Below are positions 30,016-43,680 of a stretch of 64,000 bases of DNA, in pieces (the stretch's first letter is position 1; every line of letters starts with the position of its first letter). A model generated the notes under the pieces. That model was not told the origin of the DNA. It was given only the letters and a program-made list of their open reading frames with translations, and ran no database searches. The DNA lies in the NCBI GenBank assembly GCA_951406725.2, contig OX597837.1, positions 43,276,001 through 43,340,000 of the forward strand. Direction: 5' to 3'. The position numbers and the translations under genes are program-made. The stretch comes from Octopus vulgaris. Lineage: Eukaryota.

Positions 30016-30323
30016 AGAATCTTTACGTGTTTGCTTAAGCCTTTTTTACCCTCTAATTAGAGTTAACAGCTTCACTTTGTTCACTACATTCCACTGTATT
30101 TATCCCTCTCTAGTTCAGGATATTCAATGATCTACCCGTATATCTAACCACATGTGTATCAATCATTTATTCCATACCCCTCAAACGTTAGTCCATATTC
30201 TTACCGTTCGCTTTACAGCGATTTCTAATATTTTTTACAAGAAGTAAAGTATCAAGTCCTAGCTTAAAGGCCGCACTTTGTGCGAACCTTTACACTAGCT
30301 CATGCGGAGGGCTAACTGGATCT

Positions 30324-30460
30324 GCGGCCCGAAACTAAAGAGGGGCCTCAATGTGCGTTCGAGGTGTCGATGCTCACTGTGTCCTGCAATTCGCATCAGT
30401 TCACACGGATAGCCGCGCTCTTCATCGACGGAGGAGCTGAGTGATCCCCCGTCCAGGGTT
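30324..30460 (-). pseudogene. RNA5-8S: Orphan 5.8S rRNA copy, 3'-truncated and diverged
   Basis: Minus strand: AACCCTGGACGGGGGATCACTCAGCTC...GTCGATGAAGAGCGC...GAATTGCAGGACAC...CATCGACACCTCGAACGCACATTG, then a GGCCC/GGGCC hairpin. The hallmark 5.8S motifs are in order, and no 18S or 28S is nearby. Confidence 0.9.
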
Positions 30461-30679
30461 TCGGTATTTATCGGTACTCTACTAATATGACATTACTTTA
30501 AATTCAGTTTCAATGAAAAACTTGTAAGTCCACAACTTTTTGGAGGTTTTTTTAAAATTCGAATTTTCAACTGTTAGCATATAACGGACCCTCATCCCGA
30601 TCTGTTCCCAGTGCTGGATGACATACAGGAATCCCAGACGGACAGGCAGAACTCATTTCGTGTTTATTATTACTCCCTT

Positions 30680-30928
30680 TTACACTCTTACTTGTTTCAG
30701 TCGTTTGACTGCGGCCATGCTGGAGCACCGCCTTTAGTCGAGCAAATCGACCCCAGGACTTATTCCTTGCAAGCCTAGTACTTATTCTATCGGTCACTTT
30801 TGCCGAACCGCTAGGTTACGAGGACGTAAACACACCAGCATCGGTTGTCAAGCGATGTTGGGGGGACAAATACAGACACACAAACATACACACGCACACA
30901 CATACGCACACACACACATACACACACG

Positions 30929-30972
<44 letters not shown>

Positions 30973-31105
30973 TGCGACGGACTTCTTTCAGTTTCCGTCT
31001 ACCAAATCCACTCACAAGGATTTGGTCGGCCAAGGTTCCATGCAGTGGGACTGAACCCGGAACCATGTGGTTTTTAAGCAATCTACTTACCACACAGCCA
31101 CTCCT
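30680..31105 (-). mobile_element. SINE type 2 (OR1-like)
   Basis: Reverse complement of the 42252-42697 type. Confidence 0.85.
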
Positions 31106-31323
31106 ATGCATTAATTTTGATAATTTATTGCTATTTTTTACTGTTCTCTCTTGGCCCTATACCAATGTCACTGAGCCTTTTTTGATTTTATTTTAAATTT
31201 ATTTTAAATTTAATTTATTCTATGTGACTACCAACTCTACGTCCGCTCAACATTATCATACAAAATAAATGGTTTTATATCGTACAACGTAAGACCGCGA
31301 CTTTGACGCAGATCTGAAGAAGT

Positions 31324-31707
31324 GGTGGAAGCACTCCGTCGGTTACGACGACGAGGGTTCCGGTTGATCCGATCAACGGAACAGCTTGCTTGTGAAATTA
31401 ACGTGCAAGTGGCTGAGCACTCCACAGACACGTGCATCCTTAACGTAGTTCTCGGGGATATTCAGCGTGACACAGAGAGTGACAAGGCCGGCCCTTTGAA
31501 ATACAGGTACAACAGAAACAGGAAGTAAGAGTGAGAGAAAGTTGTGGTGAAAGAGTACAGCAGGGATCACCACCATCCCCTGCCGGAGCCTCGTGGAGCA
31601 TTAGGTGTTTTCGCTCAATAAACACTCACAACGCCCGGTGTGGGAATCGAAACCGCGATCCTATGACCGCAAGTCCGCTGCTCTAACCACAGGGCCATTG
31701 CGCCTCC
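31324..31707 (-). mobile_element. SINE type 3 (tRNA-derived, OR2-like), full length, with 11-bp TSD
   Basis: Head ggaggcgcaatggccctgtggttagagc...ggtttcgattccc with A and B boxes. TSD tctgaagaagt at 31313-31323 and 31708-31718. Confidence 0.85.
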
Positions 31708-32008
31708 TCTGAAGAAGTAACACCCTAATGTTTCAAACCAGAAATATTACGCAAATTTTGACTTGTAATTTTTACGTGGACTGGGTTTGAAAGCAGAGTT
31801 GCTGCCGAAACAATTGTAACTGGTCACTAATGATGTGTTAAAGTCTTGCTTTTTCTTATCTGACTTATATACATATAAATATGTGTGGGTTTTTGTGTGT
31901 GTGAGCGTGTGTGTGTGGGTATGTATGCGTGACTGTGTGTGTGAATATACGTATTTTATGTATATACATATATATATATTTATGCATATATATTTATACA
32001 TACACATA

Positions 32009-32044
<36 letters not shown>

Positions 32045-32149
32045 CATACATACATACATACTTACATACATACATATATATATATATATATGTATATATA
32101 TATGTATATATATATATACTTATATATATATACTATATATATATATACT

Positions 32150-32195
<46 letters not shown>

Positions 32196-32418
32196 CATAT
32201 GCATATACGTATATTTATGTATACGTAAGTGTCTGTATGATGTATTTTTGCTTATGCATGTGATCATAAATGTGTGTTTGTGTACATATGTGTGTGTACG
32301 TATATGTGTGTGTGTGTGAGTGTGTATAACAGACAATGTTCTTTGGAAAATGATAATAAAATTTTGTATTCTCTATGAGTAAAATAAACACATATATTCT
32401 AATAATGATAATAACAGA

Positions 32419-32499
<81 letters not shown>

Positions 32500-32602
32500 A
32501 AGTATAAGAAGAGGAAAAGGAGGAGGAGGAGGCTGAACAAGAACAATAAGAATAGTGATAACAATAATTGCCATTATAATAATAATACTAGCGAAAGTAT
32601 TG

Positions 32603-32686
<84 letters not shown>

Positions 32687-32989
32687 GTAATCATGAAAGA
32701 AGAACATGAAGATGAGGAAGACGGGGATGGAGATGAGGAAGAATGAGAAAGTGGATAGAAAAATACATGACAGACACGAATAAAACGAATATTAATAAAA
32801 ACGCGGGACAATGAAGATGCTGCTGCTGCTGCTGATGATGATGATGGTGACGATGATGATGATGATAACGTTGTTGTTGTTGGTGCTGTTGATTGTGTGA
32901 GGAACCAAATGGATTGGAGGCAAATTAACGAAAGAAAACACGCACATATGCATACGAATATATATAAATATATATATATATATACATAC

Positions 32990-33111
<122 letters not shown>

Positions 33112-33112
33112 G

Positions 33113-33192
<80 letters not shown>

Positions 33193-34597
33193 GTATATAT
33201 ATATATATATATATATAATTTATATATATATATTTATATATATATATATATACATACTTATGAGTATATATAAGTACATATATAATTATTTATGCATATT
33301 CATATGTAATGCGTATATACAAATATATATATAAACATGTATGTATGTATGTATGTATGTATGTATGTATGTATGTGTCTGTCTATTGTATGTATGTATG
33401 TGTCTGTCTATTTATACAGACAGAAATATACTTATACATAAAGCATAAAACATACATATATACATAGATGTCTATAGAATAAATCATAAAATCCTGGCGT
33501 TATAATTCCTCGTGATTTGACACAATATATGCTTTTTAGTTTGAGTAATTAACGAGAATGTATTTATTAAAAATGTCTAGTAACTCTGGTTCACATACTT
33601 CGCGTTGAAAAATTATAAAAACACATACATCAACACGCTCACAGACACACACGTATACGCACAAATTCTATCACATACAGCGACACATTCAGACACACAC
33701 AAATATAATAGAAACTGAAGCTTTTAGAATCATTAATCTGAGTGTAACGCTACCGAATATTCGCACGATTAACTACAGAAACAAGAGTTATAGCATAAAA
33801 GAAAACATATTCGTAAAAATATCGAAGTAAGATTGTTCATCGATATTTAAGTGTTTGCTACAAAAGAAAAACCACTAGAATATACATCACACGTTTATAT
33901 CTTTGAATGTTATTTGCAAATTACGTGTTACTTTCATTTATTAAAGTGCAAAAAGTTGAGTGATAATTTCTTACTATGAAAACAGAGAAAGCAGCGTGAT
34001 AATATCTAAGGAAAAATATTCTTAAACACGTCAAAGTATGATTAGCCATTGACATCTATTTGGTACAAAACCTCTAAAATATATGTTACACTGTCAGATA
34101 TGTAAATGTCATACCCAAACATGCGATGCATTCATTCATTCATTCATTCATTCACATGCAAAAGTTGAGTGAGATTATAAAAAAAAACAAAGCAGTGTGA
34201 TAGTGTATAAGAAAAAATATTCACAGAAAACAACGAAATAGGAAGATTCACCGACATTTAATTCGTTTCTACTCTCCCTACCCCGAAGTAAAAAAGCTAC
34301 AACCTGTGCCATATTTTCATATTTTCAAGTGTCAAACGCAAATTACGTGGTATATTTGTTTACTTCGACACAAAATGCCGCGAGGACATCATGCTTTCGC
34401 TAAGATACGTGTAAACCAGAAATCTGGTTATTGTCAATGCAATTTTACAGACTCGTTTCTTTTTCTTAATAAGCGATTACATTTCAGAGCATCATAATCA
34501 TTATCATCATCATCATCATCATCATCATTATATATATATATCTGGCCTATAGGGCAGCGGACTAGGATATATATATATATCTATATGGTGATCCCTG

Positions 34598-34672
<75 letters not shown>

Positions 34673-34675
<3 letters not shown>

Positions 34676-34875
34676 AGAGTTTACCAAAAAAAAAAAACAA
34701 AATACAAAGACAGGTGGTGTACAAAACAAACAAATGTATTAGTATAACGCTCAGGAATAGAAAAAGTCTTTTACGTTTCGAGCCTACGCTCTTCTACAGA
34801 AAGGGACACGGTAAACAAGGGGAGAAACAAGGAGAGAAAAAAATGTATGTAGTGGCTAATGATCTATCATGGCGT
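34673..34875 (-). mobile_element. Family B mini-element
   Basis: CTTT-CTGTAGA-A-GAGC-GTAG-GCTC-GAAA-CG-TA-AAAG at 34768-34803 (minus). Flanked by (TA)n. Confidence 0.7.
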
Positions 34876-34900
34876 ATATATATATACACACACACACATA

Positions 34901-35520
34901 TAAATAAAGAAGTATTATTGTCGTTATCAGTAGTATTGATAAGTTAATAATAAGGTGTCTATCAATTTAACACCGTTCCAGGCACAATATAAGTTAAATT
35001 TAGATTCAGTGGGGTATATGATACCACTTGCTAAAATCAGAGCCGATGCTTCAAAAACCACTCACAATAAAGATACACACGAATTTAAATTTACCTGATA
35101 TTGTGCCTGTAACGGTGTGAACATGCTAGCCACCTTATTATTACCTTATTAATGCTATTGATAACGGCAATAATACTTCTTTATTTAAACTTTTCCTTGC
35201 ACAAGATAGTTTTCTTTTAAACGGAGCGGGACGATTAAAGTGAGGAACACAAACGAGCTAACACAGTGAATGTTTTAGAAATAGATGGTAAAATGTTATA
35301 TTCAACCGAAGATCGCAAAGCATGTTTGTCATGCAAAACGTGAAATTAATTGATATTGAAATATACATTACTTACTAATGTATTCAACGCCAAGGTAAGC
35401 CTATTTCTCATACGTTCATTGCATCGTTCGTGTGTGTCTTTATCATAAGTTTTATGGTGGTTTTGGAGCAATGGCGCTGATTGTAGTAAGTGGTATTATA
35501 TCCCTTACTGAATCCTAATT
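34901..35520 (+). mobile_element. Rearranged fold-back element in (TA)n
   Basis: 34901-35007 is inverted to 35081-35187, and 35003-35083 is inverted to 35428-35516. A decayed hammerhead-like ccgaaga-tcgca...tgca-aaacgt lies at 35306-35341. Confidence 0.55.
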
Positions 35521-35525
35521 TACAA

Positions 35526-35592
<67 letters not shown>

Positions 35593-36868
35593 CGACGGGC
35601 TTCTTTCAGTTTCAGTCTACCAAATCCCCTGACAAGGCTTTGATCGACCCGAGGGTATAGTAGAAAACTGTCCAAGGTGTCACGCAGTAGGATTGAATCC
35701 GGATCGAAAGCAGGCTCTGGAGTAACGTGAAATGACATGTTTTGCTGAAGAGTATAACATGCCGCCCACTCGGGGAATCAAACCTACGACCTAGCGATCG
35801 TGAGCACAACAGCTTAACCACTAGGCCATGTGCCTTCGCTATTCGAATTAACACGAAAAATATTTTTATCTTTGTTTTACATTTCTTCGTGGCTCTGTTT
35901 TGAAATTTGAATAGATTTTACTTCTTTGCAGACATTTAATTTTAACGAACAAGAAACAAAGAGAGAGAACAAGAAAACTGAACGAATTTATCTGATAACC
36001 CAATATTTTAATCATCTTTAAGAACATAAAATCACGGCTAAACTCAGTACGAATACTTCTCAATAATACTTAAGCAGTAGTTAAGTAAAGAGAGGCTGCT
36101 TTCGTTAATAATACAAACGTTCGGCTACGGCTTCTGTTTCAGACGGGTAAGTAACCAGACATTCGCGGCGACATGTAAAAGGATTCATCAAAAATTTCTT
36201 ATCGTATTCTCCACAGAGATATTTCACGACTATTACTACCATATACTACAGTTATTTTTGTATAGTTATCATAAAACGGATACCGTACCTTCATGAGCAG
36301 CGAGAGATAAGCTGGTTATATTCATCTGCGTACATATTAATGTAAATGAGTTTCATTTTAACCAGTAATTTTAAGCAGTGTGCACTGAACAATATTGATT
36401 TTTATCTATAGTATTTCAACAAAAATGTAATCACCAGAATTAATCCTTTTTCATATTGTTTTATCATTTGCATTCTTTAATAGCTTTCGTGAACAACTAA
36501 TATTTTATGTTAGACATGTTAAAAATATAGCAAAATTAAATAAAAAGAAAAAACGAAATAATTTCCAAAAGACAATTTGAAGTAGGTAAAAGATACTGTT
36601 AATCAGCTCTTATATAAATAGGTGCTCGTTTCATTTGTCTGCTACAACATCATAACAAAAATCTGCTTCATTAGTATCAAATATTTATGATGCTACAACT
36701 AAAGTAGTGCAGAAAGACTGGCGGATAACAGCATTTTAGTAACGTCTTTAATTATTCAAACACCGTCCATTAAAGTACGTACGTACGTCTTCGAATAGCA
36801 ATTTTTATCTTGTAAAGCAATCTGTTGTATTACATTGTCTCAGCTGTGCTTGTTGCAATATACATATA

Positions 36869-37261
36869 CTAGCAGTATCGCCCGGCGTTGCTCGGGTTTG
36901 CAAGGGAAATAACTATACAGCATTTTTAGAGAGTTATAGACAAAAAATAGCAAAAAAATGCATTGAAAATGGAAAAAAATATGATGGTAATTTTTTTTAA
37001 ATCGTTGACTCATCGTAGACACTTTTAGAGAGTTACTTCCCTTTAAAAAAATATGCATGAAAATGGAAAAAAATGATGGTAAATTATTTTTAAAATCGTA
37101 GACTCATCGTAGACGCGCGCTAATACCCAGAAGGGCTCGATATAAATCACGACTATAAGATACCCGGTTTTGGTTAAACTACACCACAAAATGTGGGAGT
37201 AGTTAGGAATCTAAATCGAAGGGGACAGACACTCACACAACTACAGTTTTATATATAAAGA
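36869..37261 (-). mobile_element. Non-autonomous Helitron-like element
   Basis: Minus strand A|TC...hairpin-CTAG|T, with an internal ~90-bp duplication. The 3' terminus is identical to the 1016 element. Confidence 0.8.
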
Positions 37262-37274
37262 TATATATATATAA

Positions 37275-37321
<47 letters not shown>

Positions 37322-37913
37322 CATATATATATATAATCTGATCGAATCTTCGGTGACTTAACATGTCCCACCCCCACACACACTACGGGCTTCTTTCAGT
37401 TTCCGTTTATCAAATTCACTTACAAGGCAATGGTCGACCCGAGCCTATAGTAGAAGACGCTTGCCCAAACACACCTGAGATACGTTTTCTAGTTGTAATG
37501 TTTATCTGGCAAAACAATCTGCTGTAATAGACTACTCTATTGCTGCGTATAAATGAGGGTAGACATGGCTGTATACTTAAGAAGTCTATTCCAAATTTAG
37601 CGGTTTTGATTTCAAACCTTGACTGTACAGACTGGCACTGAAGTGTCCTAAGTTAGTGGGTTTTTTTTCTCTCGAGCCGTAGGACTGATAAGGCTGGTTA
37701 ACGGGTTTCTATACATACGTATACTCACGCAGACACGTATCCATCTGTCGAATTTTTAAAACGGTTTTCTTCTAAAAAGACAAAAACAAAAAAAGCTAAA
37801 GAAAAATCACCTTGATCTACACGGGGCTTTCGTATCACACTATTTCTGACGTCATATTGGGGTTTAACGCGCTGCCCCAGAAGAAGCCCTTGTTTGACAA
37901 AGCAATCTTATAT

Positions 37914-38107
37914 AGGGAGAGTTTACGACAAAAAAACCAAAGACGAAGACAGGTGGTGTACAAAACAAACAGATGTATTAGTATAACGCTCAGGAATAGA
38001 AAATGTCTTTTACGTTTCGAGCCTACGCTCTTCTACAGAAAGGAACACAGAAAAAAAAAACAAGGAGAGAAACAAGGAGAGGAAAAAATATGTGTAGTGG
38101 CTAACGA
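37914..38107 (-). mobile_element. Family B mini-element
   Basis: Near-identical to 34673-34863. Motif at 38006-38043. Confidence 0.7.
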
Positions 38108-38514
38108 TATATATATATATATCACTCGTTTCCCTCATTATGTTCTCATGTGACCATGCTCTCATGTTTCTCACATTAGGCTCTCTCGTTTCGTGTGGCC
38201 ATGCTGTGACACCGCCTTGATGATTTTAGTCAAAGAAATCGACACCAGTTCTTATTTCTTTTAAAGCCTAGTACTTGTTCCAGTGCCCTCTTTTGACGAA
38301 CCACTAGGTTACTAATTCGGAAAGACACCCACATGGTTTGTGACACGGTGGTGGGCGACAAAATAGGACACCATACACACACACACATTACGGGCTTCTT
38401 TCAGTTTTCGTCTAACAAATCCACCCATAAAGCTTTCGTCGCCTCGAGTCTATATTAGAAGACACTGGCCCAAGGTTCTATGCATTGGAACTGAACCCAG
38501 AATCGTGTAACCGA

Positions 38515-38556
<42 letters not shown>

Positions 38557-38559
<3 letters not shown>

Positions 38560-38795
38560 TTGTTATCGCCAAGCTAATATAGCAGTCCAGAAAATTAGGA
38601 CGAATGCTGCCGTTGATTAGCTCCAAGAGGCCATCTCCTCTAGCTCGCTATGTGACACAAACCTATGTCCATTATAACCTTCGAACAGGGGAGGTCAGCA
38701 GCTTCCCCTTGCTGGTCTGGTATCTACAGACTAGTTTCGAGGTATTTGCCCCTTATCAATGTAGAGCCGCCGAACCTAGTAAGCGCCACTGCTGA
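38557..38795 (-). mobile_element. Penelope-like mini-element, family D
   Basis: The 3' end abuts (TA)n at 38517-38556, and a hammerhead lies about 165 nt upstream. Confidence 0.5.
38723..38765 (-). ncRNA. Minimal type-I hammerhead ribozyme, U3-A8 variant
   Basis: Minus strand: TCTACA-TTGATAA-GGGG-CAAATA-CCTC-GAAA-CTAG-TC-TGTAGA. Perfect 6-bp stem I, 4-bp stem II, ACTAGT palindromic stem III, GUC site. Confidence 0.75.
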
Positions 38796-38876
38796 CCGTC
38801 TGTTCGAAATATTTTTTACCTAAATTCAGTGGAATACATCCACTGGTTTTCAAAAATAGAAATCTTAGTATTTCTA

Positions 38877-39402
38877 TACATACATACATACATACATACA
38901 TACATACATACATACATACATACATACATACATACATACATACATACATACATACATACATACATACATACATACATACATACATACATACATACATTCA
39001 TACATACATACATACATACACACAGACATACATACACACATACATACATACATACATACATACATACATACATGCATACATACATACATACATACATACA
39101 TATAGACATACATACATACACACACACATACATACATACATACATACATACATACATACATACATGCATACATACATACATACATACATACATGCATACA
39201 TACATACATACATACATACATACATACATACATACATACATACACACAGACATACATACACACATACATACATACATACATACATACATACATACACACA
39301 TGCATACATACATACATACATACATACATATACATACATACATACATACACACACACATACATACATACATACATACATACATACATACATGCATACATA
39401 CA
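38877..39402. repeat. (ACAT)n microsatellite
   Basis: Read directly from the sequence. Confidence 0.97.
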
Positions 39403-39689
39403 TATATATATATATATAATGCGAACTAAATGTGATGGCACTCACCTCGTGGACTAAAATAATTATAATAATTACAGCGGTTTACTCCACCTTTTTAAAC
39501 ATCTTCCTCTTAAATTACTGTAGTCTTAATCCGTTGTGTTGTTTGGGAAAAAAACTATCTTCGTCAGTAATTAATCACACACGATTAGCGTTCTTTTAAT
39601 TACTAGACAAAATAATAACAAACAATCAATAAGTCACAGGGGGCGGTTTGACTGACGTTGATACTAATATTTTTTTTTTTTTCTAATTT

Positions 39690-41090
39690 AGGTATAATGC
39701 CAGTAGTTTTCGGGCCATGAAGATTTAATCGATTGAACCGCCTCCGGTACTTTTCTGGTATTTTATTTTATCGATCTCAGCGGAATAAAAGATGGAGTTG
39801 GCTTCGGCAGGAACATATAAATTAACGCTAATCTATCGTGTTTGGTATTCCCAACAGTGATTTCAAAGTTTGGCAGAAGGCCAGTAATTCCGGGAGGGGG
39901 GTTAAATCAATTGCTTCGACCTCAGTACTCAGCTGGTACGTATTTTATCGACACTCAAAAGGATGAAAGGCAAAGTCAGCCTTGGTGGAATTTGAACTCA
40001 GAACGTGAAGACGGACAAAATTCCGCTAAGCATTTTGTCCGGCGTGCTAACGGTTCTGCTAGCTCACTGCCTTTGGTTTTCCTAATAATAATAACGATCC
40101 TCTCTTTTATATTGCACAAAGCTTGAAATTGTTGGGGAATGGGGCTGGGGAATTACATCGACCCCACTGTCCAATTGGTACTTATTTTATCGACCGTAAA
40201 ATGATGAAAAGTAAAAATTGACCCCAGCGGAATTCGAACTCAGAACCGAAATATGGACGCAGTGCTGCTAGATATTTTGTTTGGTGTGTTATCGATTCTA
40301 TAAGATTGTCGCCTTAATAATAATGGTTTCAAATTTTACCACAAGGACAGTAATTTCGAGGGAAGGAATAAGTCGATTACATCGACCCCAGTACTAATCT
40401 GGTACTTATTCCATCGACCCCGAACGGATGAAAGGCAAAGTTAACTTCGGTAGAATTTTTAAATCCAGAACGTAAAGAACTGGAAGAAATATTACTAAGC
40501 ATTTTCCCCTGCATGCTAACCATTCTTTTTTCTACTCTAGGCACAAGGCCCGAAATGTTTGGCGAGTGCGTCAGTCGATTTGATCGACCCCAGTATTTAA
40601 TTTATCGACCCCGAAAGGATAAAAGGCAAAGTCGACCTCGGCGGAATTTGAACACAGAACGTAAAGACAGACGAAATACCTATTTCTTTACTACCCACAG
40701 GGGGCTAGACACAGCGAGGACAAACAAGGACAGACAAACAGATTAAGTCGATTATATCGACCCCTGTGCGTAACTGGTACTTAATTTATCGACCCCGAAA
40801 GGATGAAAGGCAAAGTCGACCTCGGCGGAATTTGAACTCAGAACGTAGCGGCAAACAAAATACCTATTTCTTTACTACCCACAGGGGGCTAAACACAGAG
40901 AGGACAAACAAGGACAGACAAACGGATTAAGTCGATTATATTGACCCCAGTGCGTAACTGGTACTTATTTAATCGACCCCGAATGGATGAAAGGCAAAGT
41001 CGACCTCGGTGGAATTTGAACTCAGAACGTAAAGACAGACGAAATACCGCTAAGCATTTCGCCCTGCGTACTAACGATTCTTCCAGCTTG
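39690..41090 (-). mobile_element. Array of SINE type 1 copies (old degenerate units, then a young multimer at 40520-41090)
   Basis: About seven repeats of the atcgacccc...ggatgaaaggcaaagtc domain. Confidence 0.8.
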
Positions 41091-42146
41091 AAGCCTTGCA
41101 TTTACCAATAATTATAGACAAGCTCTCAGTGATTGTTGTTCCTGCCTACTTAATTCTTTCGTTATTTTGTTGTGAGTTAAGATAATGTGTTGTGGCCGAA
41201 AAGCTCCACAGTCTGTCGTTACTCATTTATAACCAAGTCAACTAGAACAACGTTTGAAGAAGACCACAACAAACCGCCCAGTACTGGAATCGAAACCGCA
41301 GTTTTTCAAGCGTGAATGCGATGTCCTTATCACTGGTCCACGTCCTTTCGTAGTTATCGAAACGACTTCTTTAAAATTGATTCAGATCTCACCGATCTAT
41401 AATTTACTTTGGTTCCTTGTCAAACAGTCATCAACATTGTTATTGAAATGACGACCATTAAATGTGGAAACAAAATTTCGGACGTCGAAGTCCAGCCTTT
41501 TACAACTGTTTCTGTGCTTCACCTGCTGTTGTTGTTGTCGTTTTTGTTGCTGCTGTTGTTGTTGTTGTAACTGACGTACGCATAACTTCCGCTCTCTACG
41601 CAATTATCTAATCGAATCGAATGTTAAAATGATTCTGTCTGCAGTAGAATGTGATTGATCGCTGTCTGAAGATGATGCAGTTAATCGAATTCATGTAGAC
41701 ACGTTGCGATATACCAAACAAAAATAAACTTTTTTCTTTCCTCATTAACTGTTCATATAAAATTCTCTTTCCAATTTGTTTTCTTTTCAAGTTTATTTTG
41801 CCGACATTTTATTCAACTAACGATCGTCTGAACAGCAACAACGACAAAATAAAAATACACATTTTTTTCTTTTATTTTATTGTAGCGTCGCATTGTTTGT
41901 TTAGCGTGGAAAATGAGCGCTTAAGTCGTAACTTTAGCTCCCGTTTATTTAATCTATGCATGTTTTTCTTTAACTGTTTCTCATTGACGTCTCGTATCGT
42001 GTCGCATTGTGATGCATCCAGGGTAAATTCGAATAAATTTCAGCGCCATAATCTCAGAGTGAAGTGTGGAAAAATATGTTGACCAGACGAATAATATTTC
42101 GCTCGCCATTTTGAAATTTCTCTTTGGTCGTGTTTATGAAAGAAGC

Positions 42147-42228
<82 letters not shown>

Positions 42229-42251
42229 GTGTGAGTGCGTATGTGTACGTT

Positions 42252-42695
42252 TTGGCTGTGTGGTAAATAGCTTGCTAACCAACCACATGGTTTCGGGTTC
42301 AGTCCTACTGCGTGGCACCTTGGGCAAGTGTCTTCTATTATAGCCTCGGGCCGACTAAGCCTTGTGATTGGATTTGGTAGACGGAAACTGAAAGAAGCCC
42401 GTCGTCAATTTTTAATATTTTTGTTTTAAACCAGAATAAGGCGGCCTTTCGTATGTCTTGACGTTCTGAGTTCAAATATATATATGTGTTTGTGTGTCTG
42501 TGTTTGTTCGCCCCAACATCGCTTGACAACCGATGCTGGTGTGTTTACGTCCCCGTACTTAGCGGTTCGGCAAAAGACACCGATAGAATAAGTACTAGCC
42601 TTACAAAAATAAGTCCTGGGGTCGATTTGCTCGACTAAAGGCGGTGCTCCAGCATGGCCACAGTCAAATGACTGAAACAAGTAAAAGGATAAAGA

Positions 42696-42697
<2 letters not shown>
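42252..42697 (+). mobile_element. SINE type 2 (OR1-like), near full length
   Basis: ggctgtgtggtaa...gggttcagtcc...accttgggcaagtg...tgactgaaacaagtaaaag. Confidence 0.85.
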
Positions 42698-42751
<54 letters not shown>

Positions 42752-43398
42752 CTGAATAAGATAGAGCCAGCAGAAAGGAGTACGGTTGGAGAGTTATTTT
42801 TTAATTAATATATATGTTTCCATATAATATAGTTCTTCATTCCAATAGTTAAACAGACGACACGCAACTCATTTGCGGATCTATTATAGAGACAGAAACA
42901 ATCTAAAATTTAATACGAAATGGAATGATCAATAATAAAAAAAAAATGCACACCGATGTAATTCGCTATCCGACAGATGTGACATTTGCCTTGAGGAGGC
43001 ATTGAGCATATGCGTTGGGTAATTATATACCCCTTAGAAACTATAAAATCATATTTGTAATAGCACATTTAATATTACAGCTTATAAATTATCTTCGGTC
43101 TGAATACCTCTAACTGCCCTCAATACGCCCATACCTACTACCTTCTCTTTTCGGGTTACCTTTATCACTTCCCTACCTCAAATATTAATACTCTGCTTCT
43201 TTAATTGTAGGTTATATATATTTCTTATTATTTTCTATAAATTCTTCTTATTATTTTTGCGTTGATATCCTTACCTATCAACTTCTTATCTCTTATATGT
43301 TGTTACTGTTCTTAAATAGAGATTTTTTCAGCTACTTAGGTCTATGCGAAATGGTTATACTATATCCATATAAACGTAGAAATACTTGTATATATGTA

Positions 43399-43680
43399 TA
43401 CATATAAGAGGGATGACCACTAGGTGGACATCTAATATGCTAAATTTAGACACCATATGGTCTGACCACTAAGAAAAAATTGTGCTCAAGAAAATTAGGC
43501 AAACGCCAGAATTTTCTTGAGAACAATTTTTTCTTAGTGGTCAGACGACATGGTGTCTACATTTAGCATACTTGATGTCCACCTAGTGGTCATCCCTCTC
43601 ATATGTATGTAATATAATTTTTCTGAATCTTCAGATTTTTCAATATGCTAGGCCACCGGTTTAAATTGATATTAAATTAA
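43399..43680. mobile_element. Fold-back element family E (~102-bp arms, 43399-43500 and 43505-43607)
   Basis: Inverted repeat with a 4-nt loop. A second copy in the opposite orientation lies at 47415-47720. Confidence 0.7.

Noticed and set aside
36090-36155. Possible exon ending at GG|GTAAGT
   Set aside because: A donor-like motif alone is not enough; there is no ORF or other support.
41661-41702. CTGAAGA-T-GAT...ATC-GAAT motif
   Set aside because: It has GAAT instead of GAAA and stem I is out of register.
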